Shown: positions 30,101 to 39,533, counted from the stretch's first letter. The stretch is DNA of 64,000 bases from Tabrizicola sp. (GCF_051645465.1 NZ_JBOFBI010000170.1:187-64186), one strand, 5' to 3'. Notes: a model not told the origin generated them from the sequence alone. Translations and numbers: made by a program.

Positions 30101-31426
30101 ATGATCAGATCACTTGCGGTGGCGACGCTTTTGGCCACGACCACGCCAGGGCTCGCGCAGGACCTTGCATCCCACGACAACCGCATCGACCTCATGCGCT
30201 CGGACGCACCAGAGCTGGCGAAGCCGGGGCCATTCACCGTGGGCGTCCAGACGCTGGAGGTGGTGAACCCCGATCAGCTGGACATCGTGAACGTCACCGG
30301 ACCGGACGTGATGCCGCGCTATGACCGTCCGCTGACGCTGGAGGTCTGGTATCCCGCGGCGGCGCCAAAGCCCGAGGCTCCGCAGGCCTACGAAAACGTA
30401 CTCATCCGCGACGGCAAGCGCACCGTCGCGCTATACGGCGCGGCCGTCCGCGATGCCTCGCCGGATGCGGCGGGTGGCCCCTATCCCCTGATCCTGATCT
30501 CGCATGGCTATCCGGGGAACCGGTTCCTGATGGCTCACCTGGGCGAGAACCTGGCCAGCAAAGGCTATGTCACGGTGTCGATTGACCATACCGACAGTAC
30601 CTATGACAACCAGCTCGCCTTCGGCAGCACGCTGGTGAACCGCCCGCTGGATCAGCTCTTCGTCCTGAACCAGATCGACACTCTGTCCAAGACCGAAGGA
30701 TCGTTCCTAAACGGCTTGGTGGATGCCGGGAACACCGGACTGATCGGCTATTCGATGGGCGGCTATGGCGCGGTGATCCTTGCGGGCGGCGGCGTGACCG
30801 AGGCGAGCACCGCCTATGACTGGGGCGCCCCAGCGGGGACGCTCAAGGTCCATCAGGACGGCACCGAAACCCAACGCGCGCTGCCCGATCCGCGCATCAA
30901 GGCGATGGTGGCCTTTGCCCCTTGGGGCCGCAATACCGACTTCTGGGATGCGGCCGGGCTGGCCAACATCCGCACGCCGATCATGTTCATCGCGGGCGAC
31001 AAGGACGACGTGTCGCTCTACGAAGGCGGTACCCGCACGATCTTTGAAGAGGCGGTGAATACCGACCGCTACCTCCTCACCTTCATCGGAGCCAACCACA
31101 ACGCCGGTGCCCCAATGCCCGCCCCGATCGAAGCATGGGAACCTGCCGAGGGCCTGGATTTCATCCCCGCCGAGCACTACACCGATGCGGTCTGGGACAA
31201 CGTCCGGATGAACAATATCTCCCAGCACTTCGTCACGGCCTATTTCGGCAAGATGCTGAAAGCCGACACGGGCATGGACCGCTATCTAAACCTGGTCGAG
31301 CTGGCCGAAGATGGCGTGGTCGACCGCGACGATGCGGGCACTCCGGGGCCTGCCGACACCTACTGGGCAGGCTTCCCCTTGCGCAGCGCAATCGGCCTTC
31401 GGCTGGAGCATCGCACGGCACCATAA
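30101..31426 (+). CDS. Secreted alpha/beta hydrolase (dienelactone hydrolase / PAF-acetylhydrolase-like)
   Basis: Signal peptide; SHGYPG, GYSMGG nucleophile elbow, GDKDD and ANHN. Confidence 0.85.
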   Translation: MIRSLAVATLLATTTPGLAQDLASHDNRIDLMRSDAPELAKPGPFTVGVQTLEVVNPDQLDIVNVTGPDVMPRYDRPLTLEVWYPAAAPKPEAPQAYENVLIRDGKRTVALYGAAVRDASPDAAGGPYPLILISHGYPGNRFLMAHLGENLASKGYVTVSIDHTDSTYDNQLAFGSTLVNRPLDQLFVLNQIDTLSKTEGSFLNGLVDAGNTGLIGYSMGGYGAVILAGGGVTEASTAYDWGAPAGTLKVHQDGTETQRALPDPRIKAMVAFAPWGRNTDFWDAAGLANIRTPIMFIAGDKDDVSLYEGGTRTIFEEAVNTDRYLLTFIGANHNAGAPMPAPIEAWEPAEGLDFIPAEHYTDAVWDNVRMNNISQHFVTAYFGKMLKADTGMDRYLNLVELAEDGVVDRDDAGTPGPADTYWAGFPLRSAIGLRLEHRTAP

Positions 31427-31481
31427 GGCGGAGCAGCACAAGGGCGGCGACCATTGGCCGCCGCCCTGATCTTTCCGGAAG

Positions 31482-33227
31482 TTACTGCACGACCATCGCC
31501 GACTCGCCCGGCCAGCGGATGTCGTAGCCGAACTCGACCACCTGCTTGCCGCCTGCGGGCAATACGAAGGTCCAGTTCCGCACGCCGCGCTTGCCTTCAA
31601 GGTCCACGACCGAGGGTTCTGGATTGGCGTAGGTGGTGATCTCCAGATCCTCCTGCTCGCTGAAGGGGATGCGGTCGTAGAGGGTTACCGGAATGGAGTA
31701 GGTCAGAACGCTTTCGACGCTAAGTTTGAACCGTTCGACCCGCTGGTTGGTGGTGCCGATCAGACCGAAATCGCCGTCGGTTTTTTCAAGAACGTGGCGG
31801 GTGACCGAGAGCCCGTCCAATACGCCGAAGGGCAGGACGACCTCTTTTCCAGCCACGACGAGGGGCAGGTTGGTTTCGCCGACAAAGGTGCCATCGCGGA
31901 AGACCGAGGCACGGCCTGGCAGCAAAGGTCCGCTGAAGGAATTCGTCACGGCGGCATAAAGATAGGCGCTCGGGTCAAATTCGGGGGTCGCCCGGGCGAG
32001 CAGACCGGCCTTGAGCTTACCGCTGTCAATGGCCAGCTGCCGGACAGTTCCATCACCTGCAACGTCGGCGGCGGCGGGGAGTTGGAACACCACGGTCTGG
32101 CCTTGCAGCTGGGCGACAGCGTTCACCAGACCGGCACCGAAAACTTCGCCCCCGGCGTCGGCTCCGCCCAGGATCGCTTCTTGAGCGGCGTTCAGCTCCG
32201 CCGGCGCTTCTGGCTCTGGCGCCATGGCGTTGGGAAACTTGTCGAGATCACCCAGCATAGAGGTCGCGGCATTGCCGGGATCATAGAGAACCGCCTGGAC
32301 CGAGCCCAGCTCAGGCGCATCCATCCGACCGGATGGCCGGGCGGTCGACAGCATCAGCGCGACATCAGACCAATCCTCGCCGGTGTACTGCGAGACGCGG
32401 GCGTGCCGTTCGACCAGAAGCACGGCAGCTTCGCCTTGGTCGAGGCGCAGGTCATAGACCGGCTCCCAGCCCGCATTCGCAACCTGGTAGGTGATCTGCA
32501 ACGTTCCCTCGATCGGGACGGACGACGTCAGCTCGACAGTCGCGATCGAGCGTTCGGGCGGCGGCAGCACGGTTGCGTTCAGCTCTTCCTGTTTCTTGTA
32601 AAGGTCTTCCTGCAGGTCTTCGGCCTTCCGCAGGTTGGTGGCGATCTTCTCTTCGGTCAGGACAATGGTCCGCAGCGCAGCGCCCGTTTCGCTGGTCAGA
32701 AGGCCGATCGCTTGCACCCAGGTCTCGGGCCCTGCCCGCTGGTATTCGACATCGTCGACCATCATCTGCGGCTCACGGGCCATCAGCATCCCGGCAAAAC
32801 GCTGACGAGTCTGCGCCGCTTCGATGTCGGCCTGGAACAGGCGGTTCTCGGTTTCGATGGCGCGCAGCTGGGCCTCCAGAGCCTCGATCTCGCCCTCGAT
32901 GCGGGTCTTCAGGGGGTTGTCCTCGTCCGCAACCGGCGGAAGGCGGTCGATCCGGTGATCGACCGAGACGATTGAGAAGGCGGCATTGCCCTCTCCGGCG
33001 ACGCGCAGGCTGGCCGTGTCGAAATCAAACGGCAGGTCGTCGATGATGATCTGGTTGTCGCCTGCAGGTGCCGAAAAGCGCACGCTGCGTGTGACGAGGG
33101 CACCTTGCGGATAGACGATCGCCGCCGTGACTTGGCTGGTTGCATCGATGTCTTCGGCGAAGGTCGGGCCGGTCAGAATGAGCAGGGCAATGGCAGAGCA
33201 GGACGTCCTTAGCATTTTGATCCTCAT
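31482..33227 (-). CDS. DUF4139/DUF4140 (MuiA-like) protein
   Basis: VYPQGALVTR, SLRV, coiled coil, W-x-PVYDLRL, QYTGEDW, LSTARP and LLPGRASVFRDG. Confidence 0.87.
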   Translation of the reverse strand: MRIKMLRTSCSAIALLILTGPTFAEDIDATSQVTAAIVYPQGALVTRSVRFSAPAGDNQIIIDDLPFDFDTASLRVAGEGNAAFSIVSVDHRIDRLPPVADEDNPLKTRIEGEIEALEAQLRAIETENRLFQADIEAAQTRQRFAGMLMAREPQMMVDDVEYQRAGPETWVQAIGLLTSETGAALRTIVLTEEKIATNLRKAEDLQEDLYKKQEELNATVLPPPERSIATVELTSSVPIEGTLQITYQVANAGWEPVYDLRLDQGEAAVLLVERHARVSQYTGEDWSDVALMLSTARPSGRMDAPELGSVQAVLYDPGNAATSMLGDLDKFPNAMAPEPEAPAELNAAQEAILGGADAGGEVFGAGLVNAVAQLQGQTVVFQLPAAADVAGDGTVRQLAIDSGKLKAGLLARATPEFDPSAYLYAAVTNSFSGPLLPGRASVFRDGTFVGETNLPLVVAGKEVVLPFGVLDGLSVTRHVLEKTDGDFGLIGTTNQRVERFKLSVESVLTYSIPVTLYDRIPFSEQEDLEITTYANPEPSVVDLEGKRGVRNWTFVLPAGGKQVVEFGYDIRWPGESAMVVQ

Positions 33228-33477
33228 CGGTTCGGGTTCAATACTGGGACGCAGTCTGCACAGAAACCCTTGGTGTGATAGGCGATTTGTAGTTTGGCGG
33301 TGGTAGGGAATTGCCTGCCAGCCGAGAGGCGTGCTTGGGACCTGCGCGCTTCAGTTTTGCCCTTTGTGTTTCTGAGGGGCACGCAATCGGTTCTGTGGCG
33401 TGGCTTTGGAAATATCTTGCCCGCGACGGCCATAGTCCTCTGCCACCGCATGATTGCCAAGCTGCGTGGGGATCGCT

Positions 33478-34434
33478 CTAGATGTGGAACCTCCAGAGGT
33501 TGTCCATGGGAAGATCAAGGCGGCTGATCGGCGGCTTTGAGTTTATGCTGCCGTGCGGGCGGTGCCAATTGTATATGTGTGTCCATTCCGGCAGGTGGGC
33601 TTTGCGCTGGTCCGAGGTGTCGTGGGCGCGGGCATAGGCCCATTCGCGCAAGGCGGTCTGGATGAACCTTTCGGCCTTTCCGTTTGTCTTGGGTGTGTAG
33701 GGTTTGGTGCGGATGTGCTTCAGGCCCAGGTCCTTGCAGGCGGCCGCGAAGGCGAAGGATTTGTAGCACGATCCGTTGTCGGTCATGACGCGGGTCACGG
33801 TGATGCCCAGGCTTTCGTAATAGGCCAAGGCGGCGCGCAGGCATGCGATGGCGCTGACCGCCTTCTCGTCGGGATGGATGCCGGTCACGGCGATGCGGGA
33901 TGCGTCGTCGATGGCGATGTGGACAAATTCCCAGCCCAGGCCCCGGCTGTTGCTCTGGCCTGTCCGGTCACCTGTGATGCGGTGGCCAACCCGTTCAAAA
34001 CGCCCAAGCTTCTTGATGTCGAGATGGATCAGGCCGCCGGGCTCCTTGTAGGTATAGCGCACCACCGGCCCAGGCGGGGCCAGGTCCTTCAACCGCGACA
34101 ACCCGGCGCGGCGCAACACCCGACTGACGGTGGCGGGCGAGACGCCGGTCAGCTCGGCGATGTGCCGCCCGCAGAGGCGCTGGCGGCGGTGCGTGATGAT
34201 GCGCTGCGCCACCGCCTCTGCGGTCTGGGCCGGGATCAGCTGGGGTCGCGAGGAACGGTCCCGCATGCCATCCCGTCCCTCGGCTGCATAACGCGCCGTC
34301 CAGCGGCTCACGATCTTGGCCGAAACCCCGAAATTCCGCGCAGCCTGGGCTTTGGACAGCCCACCGGAAAGGACGCCCCGCGCCATCTCCTCTCGACGAA
34401 AGGGGGTAAGACGGGCATTCTTGTGGATGTTCAT
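33478..34434 (-). CDS. IS481-family DDE transposase
   Basis: MNIHKNARLT, HLDIKKLG, TDNG, TNGKAERF and YNWHRPH. Confidence 0.95.
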   Translation of the reverse strand: MNIHKNARLTPFRREEMARGVLSGGLSKAQAARNFGVSAKIVSRWTARYAAEGRDGMRDRSSRPQLIPAQTAEAVAQRIITHRRQRLCGRHIAELTGVSPATVSRVLRRAGLSRLKDLAPPGPVVRYTYKEPGGLIHLDIKKLGRFERVGHRITGDRTGQSNSRGLGWEFVHIAIDDASRIAVTGIHPDEKAVSAIACLRAALAYYESLGITVTRVMTDNGSCYKSFAFAAACKDLGLKHIRTKPYTPKTNGKAERFIQTALREWAYARAHDTSDQRKAHLPEWTHIYNWHRPHGSINSKPPISRLDLPMDNLWRFHI

Positions 34435-34517
34435 TCGGAGCGCTCCTGAAGGCGGGATGTGTGGTAACTCCAGCCTCCCTGATCCGCCCCGAATGGACAA
34501 CCTGATGAAAGCTCACA
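33483..34517 (-). mobile_element. IS481-family insertion sequence (1035 bp) with 6-bp TCTAGA target duplication
   Basis: Imperfect terminal IRs TGTGGAACCTCCAGAGGTTGTCCAT and TGTGAGCTTTCATCAGGTTGTCCAT; TCTAGA at 33477-33482 and 34518-34523. Confidence 0.93.
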
Positions 34518-34574
34518 TCTAGAGCGGGATGAGTCTTGGCGGAACCTGCAGCGGCAGCGCCACGCCTGGAAGTC

Positions 34575-34641
34575 CTCCTCGTTCGACTTCGTCTCCTCGT
34601 CGGAGAAACACAGCGAGGAGTGACGAAGTCATCGACGAGCG
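34575..34641 (-). repeat. Dispersed structured intergenic element family B, copy 2
   Basis: Reverse complement starts CGCTCGTCGATGACTTCGTCACTCCTCGC, 27 of 29 nt identical to the start of copy 3 at 42870. Confidence 0.75.
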
Positions 34642-34694
34642 ATCCTGCGCGGACAGAAGTGCGACAATCCGATTCTGCCAGTCCGCATCCCGCT

Positions 34695-34890
34695 CTAAGC
34701 TCGTGATAGACATTGGGGTCGGGCTCGCCAGCCGCCGCACACTCCGCTTCAAGGCGCTCTTGGATTGCTGGCGCCTCGTCCAGGCGGTTCGACATGTGCA
34801 GCGTCTGGGCGATCATCCATTTGGCGATGCGGACCTGCGTCGCAACGCCTTGTCTTTCGTGGGCAGCAAGCGCCAGTTGGAAGTGCTCTG
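34695..34890 (-). pseudogene. Remnant of a tetratricopeptide-repeat protein C-terminus (approximate limits)
   Basis: HFQLALAAHERQG..VRIAKWMIAQTL..RLDEA.AIQERL..GEPDP.VY.EL resembles TPR protein C-termini; no credible 5' portion. Confidence 0.5.
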
Positions 34891-34928
34891 GCGAGAGGAC
34901 GACGACCAACCTCTACCATACGTCACCG

Positions 34929-35010
34929 AAAGCCTTAACGCTTCCTGAACGCCCCCCAGCCAACCCATTGGAATCCCTTGCGGCCCCCAAGCGTAACTCA
35001 GCGTTACGCT
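34929..35010. repeat. Dispersed intergenic element family A, copy 2
   Basis: TTAAC-N21-CAACCCATTG-N20-GCGTAAC-N5-GTTACGC hairpin, directly after the gmaS stop. Confidence 0.55.
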
Positions 35011-35011
35011 C

Positions 35012-36319
35012 TCAGATATCCAGCGTGGTCTCCGTCTCCCAGGTCGAGAAATGCGAGCAGTAGCTCGTCCATTCCTGATGCTTCAACTTCAGGTAGGCCT
35101 GCGAAAACTCCTCCCCCATCATCGCCTTCAGCGTCTTGTCCCGATCATACTCCCTGAGCGCATCGAGGAGGTTCAACGGCAGCTTCGGCGCCCCCTTCAC
35201 CGTATGCCCGTGCTGGTACATGTCGATATCATACCGCCGCCCCGGATCGGCCTTGGTCCGCACCCCATCCAACCCCGCCGCGATGATCACCGCCTGCAGC
35301 AGATACGGGTTCGCCGCCCCATCCGGCAGCCTGAGCTCGAACCGCCCCGGCCCCGGCACGCGGACCATGTGGGTCCGGTTGTTCCCCGTCCAGGTCACCG
35401 TATTCGGCGCCCATGTGGCCCCTGATGTCGTCCGGGGAGCATTGATCCGCTTGTAGCTGTTCACCGTCGGATTGGTGATCGCCGCCAAAGCGGAGGCATG
35501 TTTCATGATCCCGCCCAGAAAGTTCCGCCCCCGGTCCGAAAGCCCCAGCTCCGCCTTCTTGTCCGCGAAAGCGTTGGTCTTCCCATCCATCGACCAGACC
35601 GAGATATGCGCATGGCACCCCGACCCCGTCAGCCCCTTGAACGGCTTCGGCATGAAGGTCGCGCGGAAGCCGTGCTTCTCGGCCACCGACTTGACCATGA
35701 ACTTGAAGAACGAATGCTTGTCCGCCGTCTGGAGAGCATCATCATACTTCCAGTTCATCTCGAACTGGCCGATCGCGTCTTCATGGTCGTTCTGGTAGGG
35801 CTCCCAACCCATCTCCAGCATGTAGTCGCAGACCTCGCTGATGACGTCATAACGCCGCATAACCGCTTGCTGGTCGTAGCAGGGCTTTTCCGCCGTGTCG
35901 TAGACGTCCGAGACACCGGTCCCATCCGCGTTCAGGATGAAGAACTCCGGCTCCACCCCCGTCTTGACCCGCAACCCGTCCTTCGCCGCCTCGGCAATCA
36001 GCTTCTCCAGCACGTTCCGCGGAGCCTGATCGACAAGCTTCTCCTCCATCGTCGCCCGCGCCGCGACCCAGGCCACGTCCTTCTTCCACGGGAGTTGAAT
36101 GACGCTCTCCGGGTCAGGCACCGCCATCAGGTCGGGGTGGGCGGGCGTCAGGTCCAGCCAGGTCGCGAACCCGGCAAACCCGGCGCCATCCACCGCCATG
36201 TCATTGATCGCCTGCGTCGGCACCAGCTTCGCCCGCTGACCACCGAAGAGGTCAGTGTAGGAAATCATGAAATACTTGACGCCTTTTTCCTTGGCCCATT
36301 TGGCAAGGTCTTTCGCCAT
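35012..36319 (-). CDS. gmaS: Gamma-glutamylmethylamide synthetase (GlnT-like)
   Basis: GAGFAGFATW, GVEPEFF, QNDHED..GQFE, YKRINAP, GNNRTHM and ELRLPD; adjacent to mgsABC. Confidence 0.9.
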   Translation of the reverse strand: MAKDLAKWAKEKGVKYFMISYTDLFGGQRAKLVPTQAINDMAVDGAGFAGFATWLDLTPAHPDLMAVPDPESVIQLPWKKDVAWVAARATMEEKLVDQAPRNVLEKLIAEAAKDGLRVKTGVEPEFFILNADGTGVSDVYDTAEKPCYDQQAVMRRYDVISEVCDYMLEMGWEPYQNDHEDAIGQFEMNWKYDDALQTADKHSFFKFMVKSVAEKHGFRATFMPKPFKGLTGSGCHAHISVWSMDGKTNAFADKKAELGLSDRGRNFLGGIMKHASALAAITNPTVNSYKRINAPRTTSGATWAPNTVTWTGNNRTHMVRVPGPGRFELRLPDGAANPYLLQAVIIAAGLDGVRTKADPGRRYDIDMYQHGHTVKGAPKLPLNLLDALREYDRDKTLKAMMGEEFSQAYLKLKHQEWTSYCSHFSTWETETTLDI

Positions 36320-36350
36320 CACTGTCACTCCCTGTTCGTCTTTTATTGTC

Positions 36351-37679
36351 TCAGAACCCGCCGTTGCGGCCGGGTATCCAGTTCGTCCCCGCAATCGGTA
36401 CACCGGCCATTGCTGCCGCCTCAATCGTCAGCGCGCAAAGGTCCTCCGGCTCCAGATTGTGCAGGTGATTCTTGCCGCAGGCACGGGCAATCGTCTGCGC
36501 CTCCAGCGTCATCACCTTGAGGTAATTCTTCAACCGCCGCCCGCCCAGAACCGGATCGAACCGCTTGTAAAGCTCCGGATCCTGAGTGGTGATCCCCGCC
36601 GGATCGCGGCCTTCGTGCCAGTCGTCATAAGCGTCCGCCGTGGTGCCGAGCTTCTGGTATTCCTCTTCCCACTTCGGGTCGTTGTCCCCCAGCGCGATCA
36701 GCGCCGCCGTCCCGATGGCCACCGCATCCGCGCCCAAAGCCATCGCCTTGGCCACATCCGCGCCCGACCTGATCCCGCCCGACACGATGAGCTGAACCTT
36801 CCGATGCATCCCCAGATCCTGCAGCGCCTTCACCGCCTGCGGGATACAGGCCAGGATCGGCATCCCCACATGCTCGATGAACACATCCTGCGTCGCCGCC
36901 GTGCCGCCCTGCATCCCGTCCAGCACCACAACATCCGCCCCGGCCTTCACCGCCAGCGCCGTATCATAGTAAGGCCGCGCGCCGCCGACCTTCACATAGA
37001 TCGGCTTCTCCCAGTCCGTGATCTCGCGCAACTCCATGATCTTGATCTCAAGGTCGTCCGGCCCCGTCCAGTCCGGATGCCGACAGGCCGAGCGCTGGTC
37101 GATCCCTTTCGGCAGGTTGCGCATGTTGGCCACACGGTCGGAGATCTTCTGCCCCAGCAGCATCCCCCCGCCACCGGGCTTCGCGCCCTGGCCGACGACA
37201 ATCTCGATGGCATCCGCACGACGGAGGTCATCGGGGTTCATCCCATAGCGGCTGGGCAGATACTGATAGACCAGTGTCTTCGAATGGCCGCGCTCTTCTT
37301 CCGTCATACCCCCGTCGCCAGTGGTGGTGGAGGTCCCGGCCGCCGACGCCCCCCGCCCCAAGGCCTCCTTTGCCGGCCCGGACAAGGCCCCAAAAGACAT
37401 CCCCGCGATGGTCACCGGAATATCCAGATGGATCGGCTTCTTCGCATGCCGCGTCCCGAGCCAAACATCCGTCGCGCATTTCTCGCGGTAGCCCTCCAGA
37501 GGATACCGCGAAATGGACGCCCCCAGAAACAGCAGATCATCGAAATGCGGCAGATGCCGCTTCGTCCCGCCGCCGCGGATATCGTAGATGCCGGATGCAG
37601 CCGCGCGGCGGATTTCGGCGTTCACCGCCGGGGTGAAGGTGGCCGAAAAGCGGGGCGGGGTCTTGGGGCATTCGGTCAT
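36351..37679 (-). CDS. mgsC: N-methylglutamate synthase subunit C (FMN-binding)
   Basis: MSFGALS, GQGAKPGGGG and SACRHPDWTGPDDL. Confidence 0.9.
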   Translation of the reverse strand: MTECPKTPPRFSATFTPAVNAEIRRAAASGIYDIRGGGTKRHLPHFDDLLFLGASISRYPLEGYREKCATDVWLGTRHAKKPIHLDIPVTIAGMSFGALSGPAKEALGRGASAAGTSTTTGDGGMTEEERGHSKTLVYQYLPSRYGMNPDDLRRADAIEIVVGQGAKPGGGGMLLGQKISDRVANMRNLPKGIDQRSACRHPDWTGPDDLEIKIMELREITDWEKPIYVKVGGARPYYDTALAVKAGADVVVLDGMQGGTAATQDVFIEHVGMPILACIPQAVKALQDLGMHRKVQLIVSGGIRSGADVAKAMALGADAVAIGTAALIALGDNDPKWEEEYQKLGTTADAYDDWHEGRDPAGITTQDPELYKRFDPVLGGRRLKNYLKVMTLEAQTIARACGKNHLHNLEPEDLCALTIEAAAMAGVPIAGTNWIPGRNGGF

Positions 37680-37708
37680 TCGTCACCTTCTCGAACGGCT
37701 GGGGTCGG

Positions 37709-37754
37709 GCAAGAGTTTTCGAAAACTCTTGCAAATCTTTTCGAAAAGATTTGC
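37709..37754. repeat. Tandem pair of perfect AT-rich palindromes (family C)
   Basis: GCAAGAGTTTTCGAAAACTCTTGC overlapping GCAAATCTTTTCGAAAAGATTTGC by 2 nt. Confidence 0.85.
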
Positions 37755-37779
37755 GGCGCGCGGGACAAGAGGTCGCGCA

Positions 37780-38469
37780 TCAGTAGGCCGACGCGTTGTC
37801 GATGTTGAAATTGTACAGCTTCCGGGCCGAACCATAACGCCGGAACTCTTCCGGCTTCGCTTTCCCATCCGCCTCGCCGCGCTTCAAGAGGTCAGCCAGA
37901 AGGGCGATATGCTCCGGACGCATCTCCTTTTCGATGCAGTCCGCCCCCAGCGACTTCACCCTGCCCCGCACGAACAACCGCGCTTCATAGAGCGAGTCAC
38001 CCAACGCCTCGCCCGCATTCCCAAGCACGACGACATTCCCCGACTGCGCCATGAAGCAGGACATATGGCCGATGTTGCCATGCACCACGATGTCGATCCC
38101 CTTCATCGAAATGCCGCACCGCGACGAAGCATTGCCCTTGATGACCAACAGCCCCCCGCGCCCTGTGGCCCCCGCATACTGCGACGCATCTCCGTCAACG
38201 ATCACCGTGCCGGACATCATGTTCTCCGCCACGCCCGGCCCGGCCGAGCCCTTGATCCGGATCGTCGCCTGCTTGTTCATCCCCGCGCAGTAATACCCCG
38301 TGGACCCCCGCACCGTGATATCCACCGGCGCATCCACCCCGGCGGCAATCGCATGCGCGCCCTTGGGATTGATCACCTCCCACGCTGTCATGTTGGTCTG
38401 CCCCTTCAGCGCATGCAGCGCCGAGTTGAGCGCCCGCAGACCCTGCGCCCCCAGATCGAAACTTTGCAT
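37780..38469 (-). CDS. mgsB: N-methylglutamate synthase subunit B (GXGXG domain)
   Basis: GYYCAGMN, GVAENMMSG and RCGISMKG beta-helix repeats. Confidence 0.9.
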   Translation of the reverse strand: MQSFDLGAQGLRALNSALHALKGQTNMTAWEVINPKGAHAIAAGVDAPVDITVRGSTGYYCAGMNKQATIRIKGSAGPGVAENMMSGTVIVDGDASQYAGATGRGGLLVIKGNASSRCGISMKGIDIVVHGNIGHMSCFMAQSGNVVVLGNAGEALGDSLYEARLFVRGRVKSLGADCIEKEMRPEHIALLADLLKRGEADGKAKPEEFRRYGSARKLYNFNIDNASAY

Positions 38470-39366
38470 TCAACGCTCCCAGAAATAGACCGTGGCGGGC
38501 TCGGGCTCCCAGACGCGGGCCTGCTCGATCCCCGGCAGGTTCACCAGCGCGCGGTATTCCGACCCGAAGGCCACGTAGTTATCCGTTTCGGCCATCACCG
38601 CTGGCTTGCAGGCGATGGGGTCGCGCACCACGCCGAAGCCGTTCTTGGTGCCGACGACAAAGGTGAAGAACCCGTCAAGATCGGTGAGCGTCGCCTCCAG
38701 CGCCTCCCCCAGCGCCTCGCCTTCCTTCAGCTTGTGGCTGATGAAGGCCGCAGCGACCTCGGTGTCGTTCTCGGTCTCGAAGGTCATGCCCTGACGCTTC
38801 AGTTCGCGCCGCACGCCGTTGTGGTTGGAAAGCGAGCCGTTGTGGACAAGGCACTGGTCCGACCCCGTAGAAAACGGGTGTGCGCCCATGGTCGTAACTG
38901 CGGATTCGGTGGCCATCCTTGTATGGCCGATCCCGTGAGTCCCTTTCATCTTCGCCACGTCAAAGCGCCGCGCCACGTCCTTCGGCAGGCCGACTTCCTT
39001 GAAGATCTCGATCGAGTCGCCCACGCTCATCACCTTCACCTCAGGCCGAAGATGCGCCAGCGCCGACCGCGCCGCGTCAAGCTGCGCCAGCGGCACTTCC
39101 AGTACGGCATGGGTGCTTTTCACCAGCATGGCGACCGGCTGGCCGATGGCCGAATGCAGATCGCCGTCCAGGTCCTTGAAGTCACGTTCAGGATGCGCCG
39201 ACTGTACCGTGATCTTGCCCAGACCATCCCTCGCCCCCGAATAAATGGCGATCCCGGCCGAGTCCGGCCCCCGGTCGGTCATGGTGATCAGCATGTCCGT
39301 CAGCATGGCCCCAAGCTTCGGCTCCAGCTTCGGGTCCTTCAGGAAAAGCCCAACGATGCCACACAT
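38470..39366 (-). CDS. mgsA: N-methylglutamate synthase subunit A (class II glutamine amidotransferase)
   Basis: MCGIVG, RGPDSAG, GHTRMATES, VHNG and DTEV. Confidence 0.9.
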   Translation of the reverse strand: MCGIVGLFLKDPKLEPKLGAMLTDMLITMTDRGPDSAGIAIYSGARDGLGKITVQSAHPERDFKDLDGDLHSAIGQPVAMLVKSTHAVLEVPLAQLDAARSALAHLRPEVKVMSVGDSIEIFKEVGLPKDVARRFDVAKMKGTHGIGHTRMATESAVTTMGAHPFSTGSDQCLVHNGSLSNHNGVRRELKRQGMTFETENDTEVAAAFISHKLKEGEALGEALEATLTDLDGFFTFVVGTKNGFGVVRDPIACKPAVMAETDNYVAFGSEYRALVNLPGIEQARVWEPEPATVYFWER

Positions 39367-39487
39367 GGATTCGTCTCCTTCGACTGGTTGCGATGACGCT
39401 AGCACCGACCTTTACGGCTATCAACTGGAGAGAAACTTTTTTCACTTCACGGGAAATACGCTGCCCAAAGATCAGGCAGATGCGGTT

Positions 39488-39533
39488 TTTCTTGACAGAA
39501 TGTCGCAGGTGCCTTTCCCTTAAGAAAACAATT
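39488..39533. promoter_or_regulatory. Two copies of the candidate methylamine-regulon motif in the mgsA divergent intergenic region
   Basis: TTTC-TTGACA-GAA at 39488 (also contains a perfect -35 hexamer) and TTTC-CCTTAA-GAAAACAATT at 39514. Confidence 0.5.

Noticed and set aside
28695-33227. WYL-associated anti-phage defence system
   Set aside because: No nuclease, ATPase, methylase or toxin genes nearby; the neighbours are RidA, a cupin and a hydrolase
33224-33527. Short ORFs between DUF4139 and IS481
   Set aside because: No recognisable motifs or typical codon bias; probably promoter or degenerate DNA
33995-34909. 304-aa ORF spanning the IS end
   Set aside because: A chimeric open frame made of the TPR remnant, a repeat element and an alternative frame of the transposase
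35012-39366. Ordinary glutamine synthetase plus glutamate synthase (GS/GOGAT)
   Set aside because: The split three-subunit architecture, GlnT-type sequence and tmm/dmm context fit GmaS/MgsABC better
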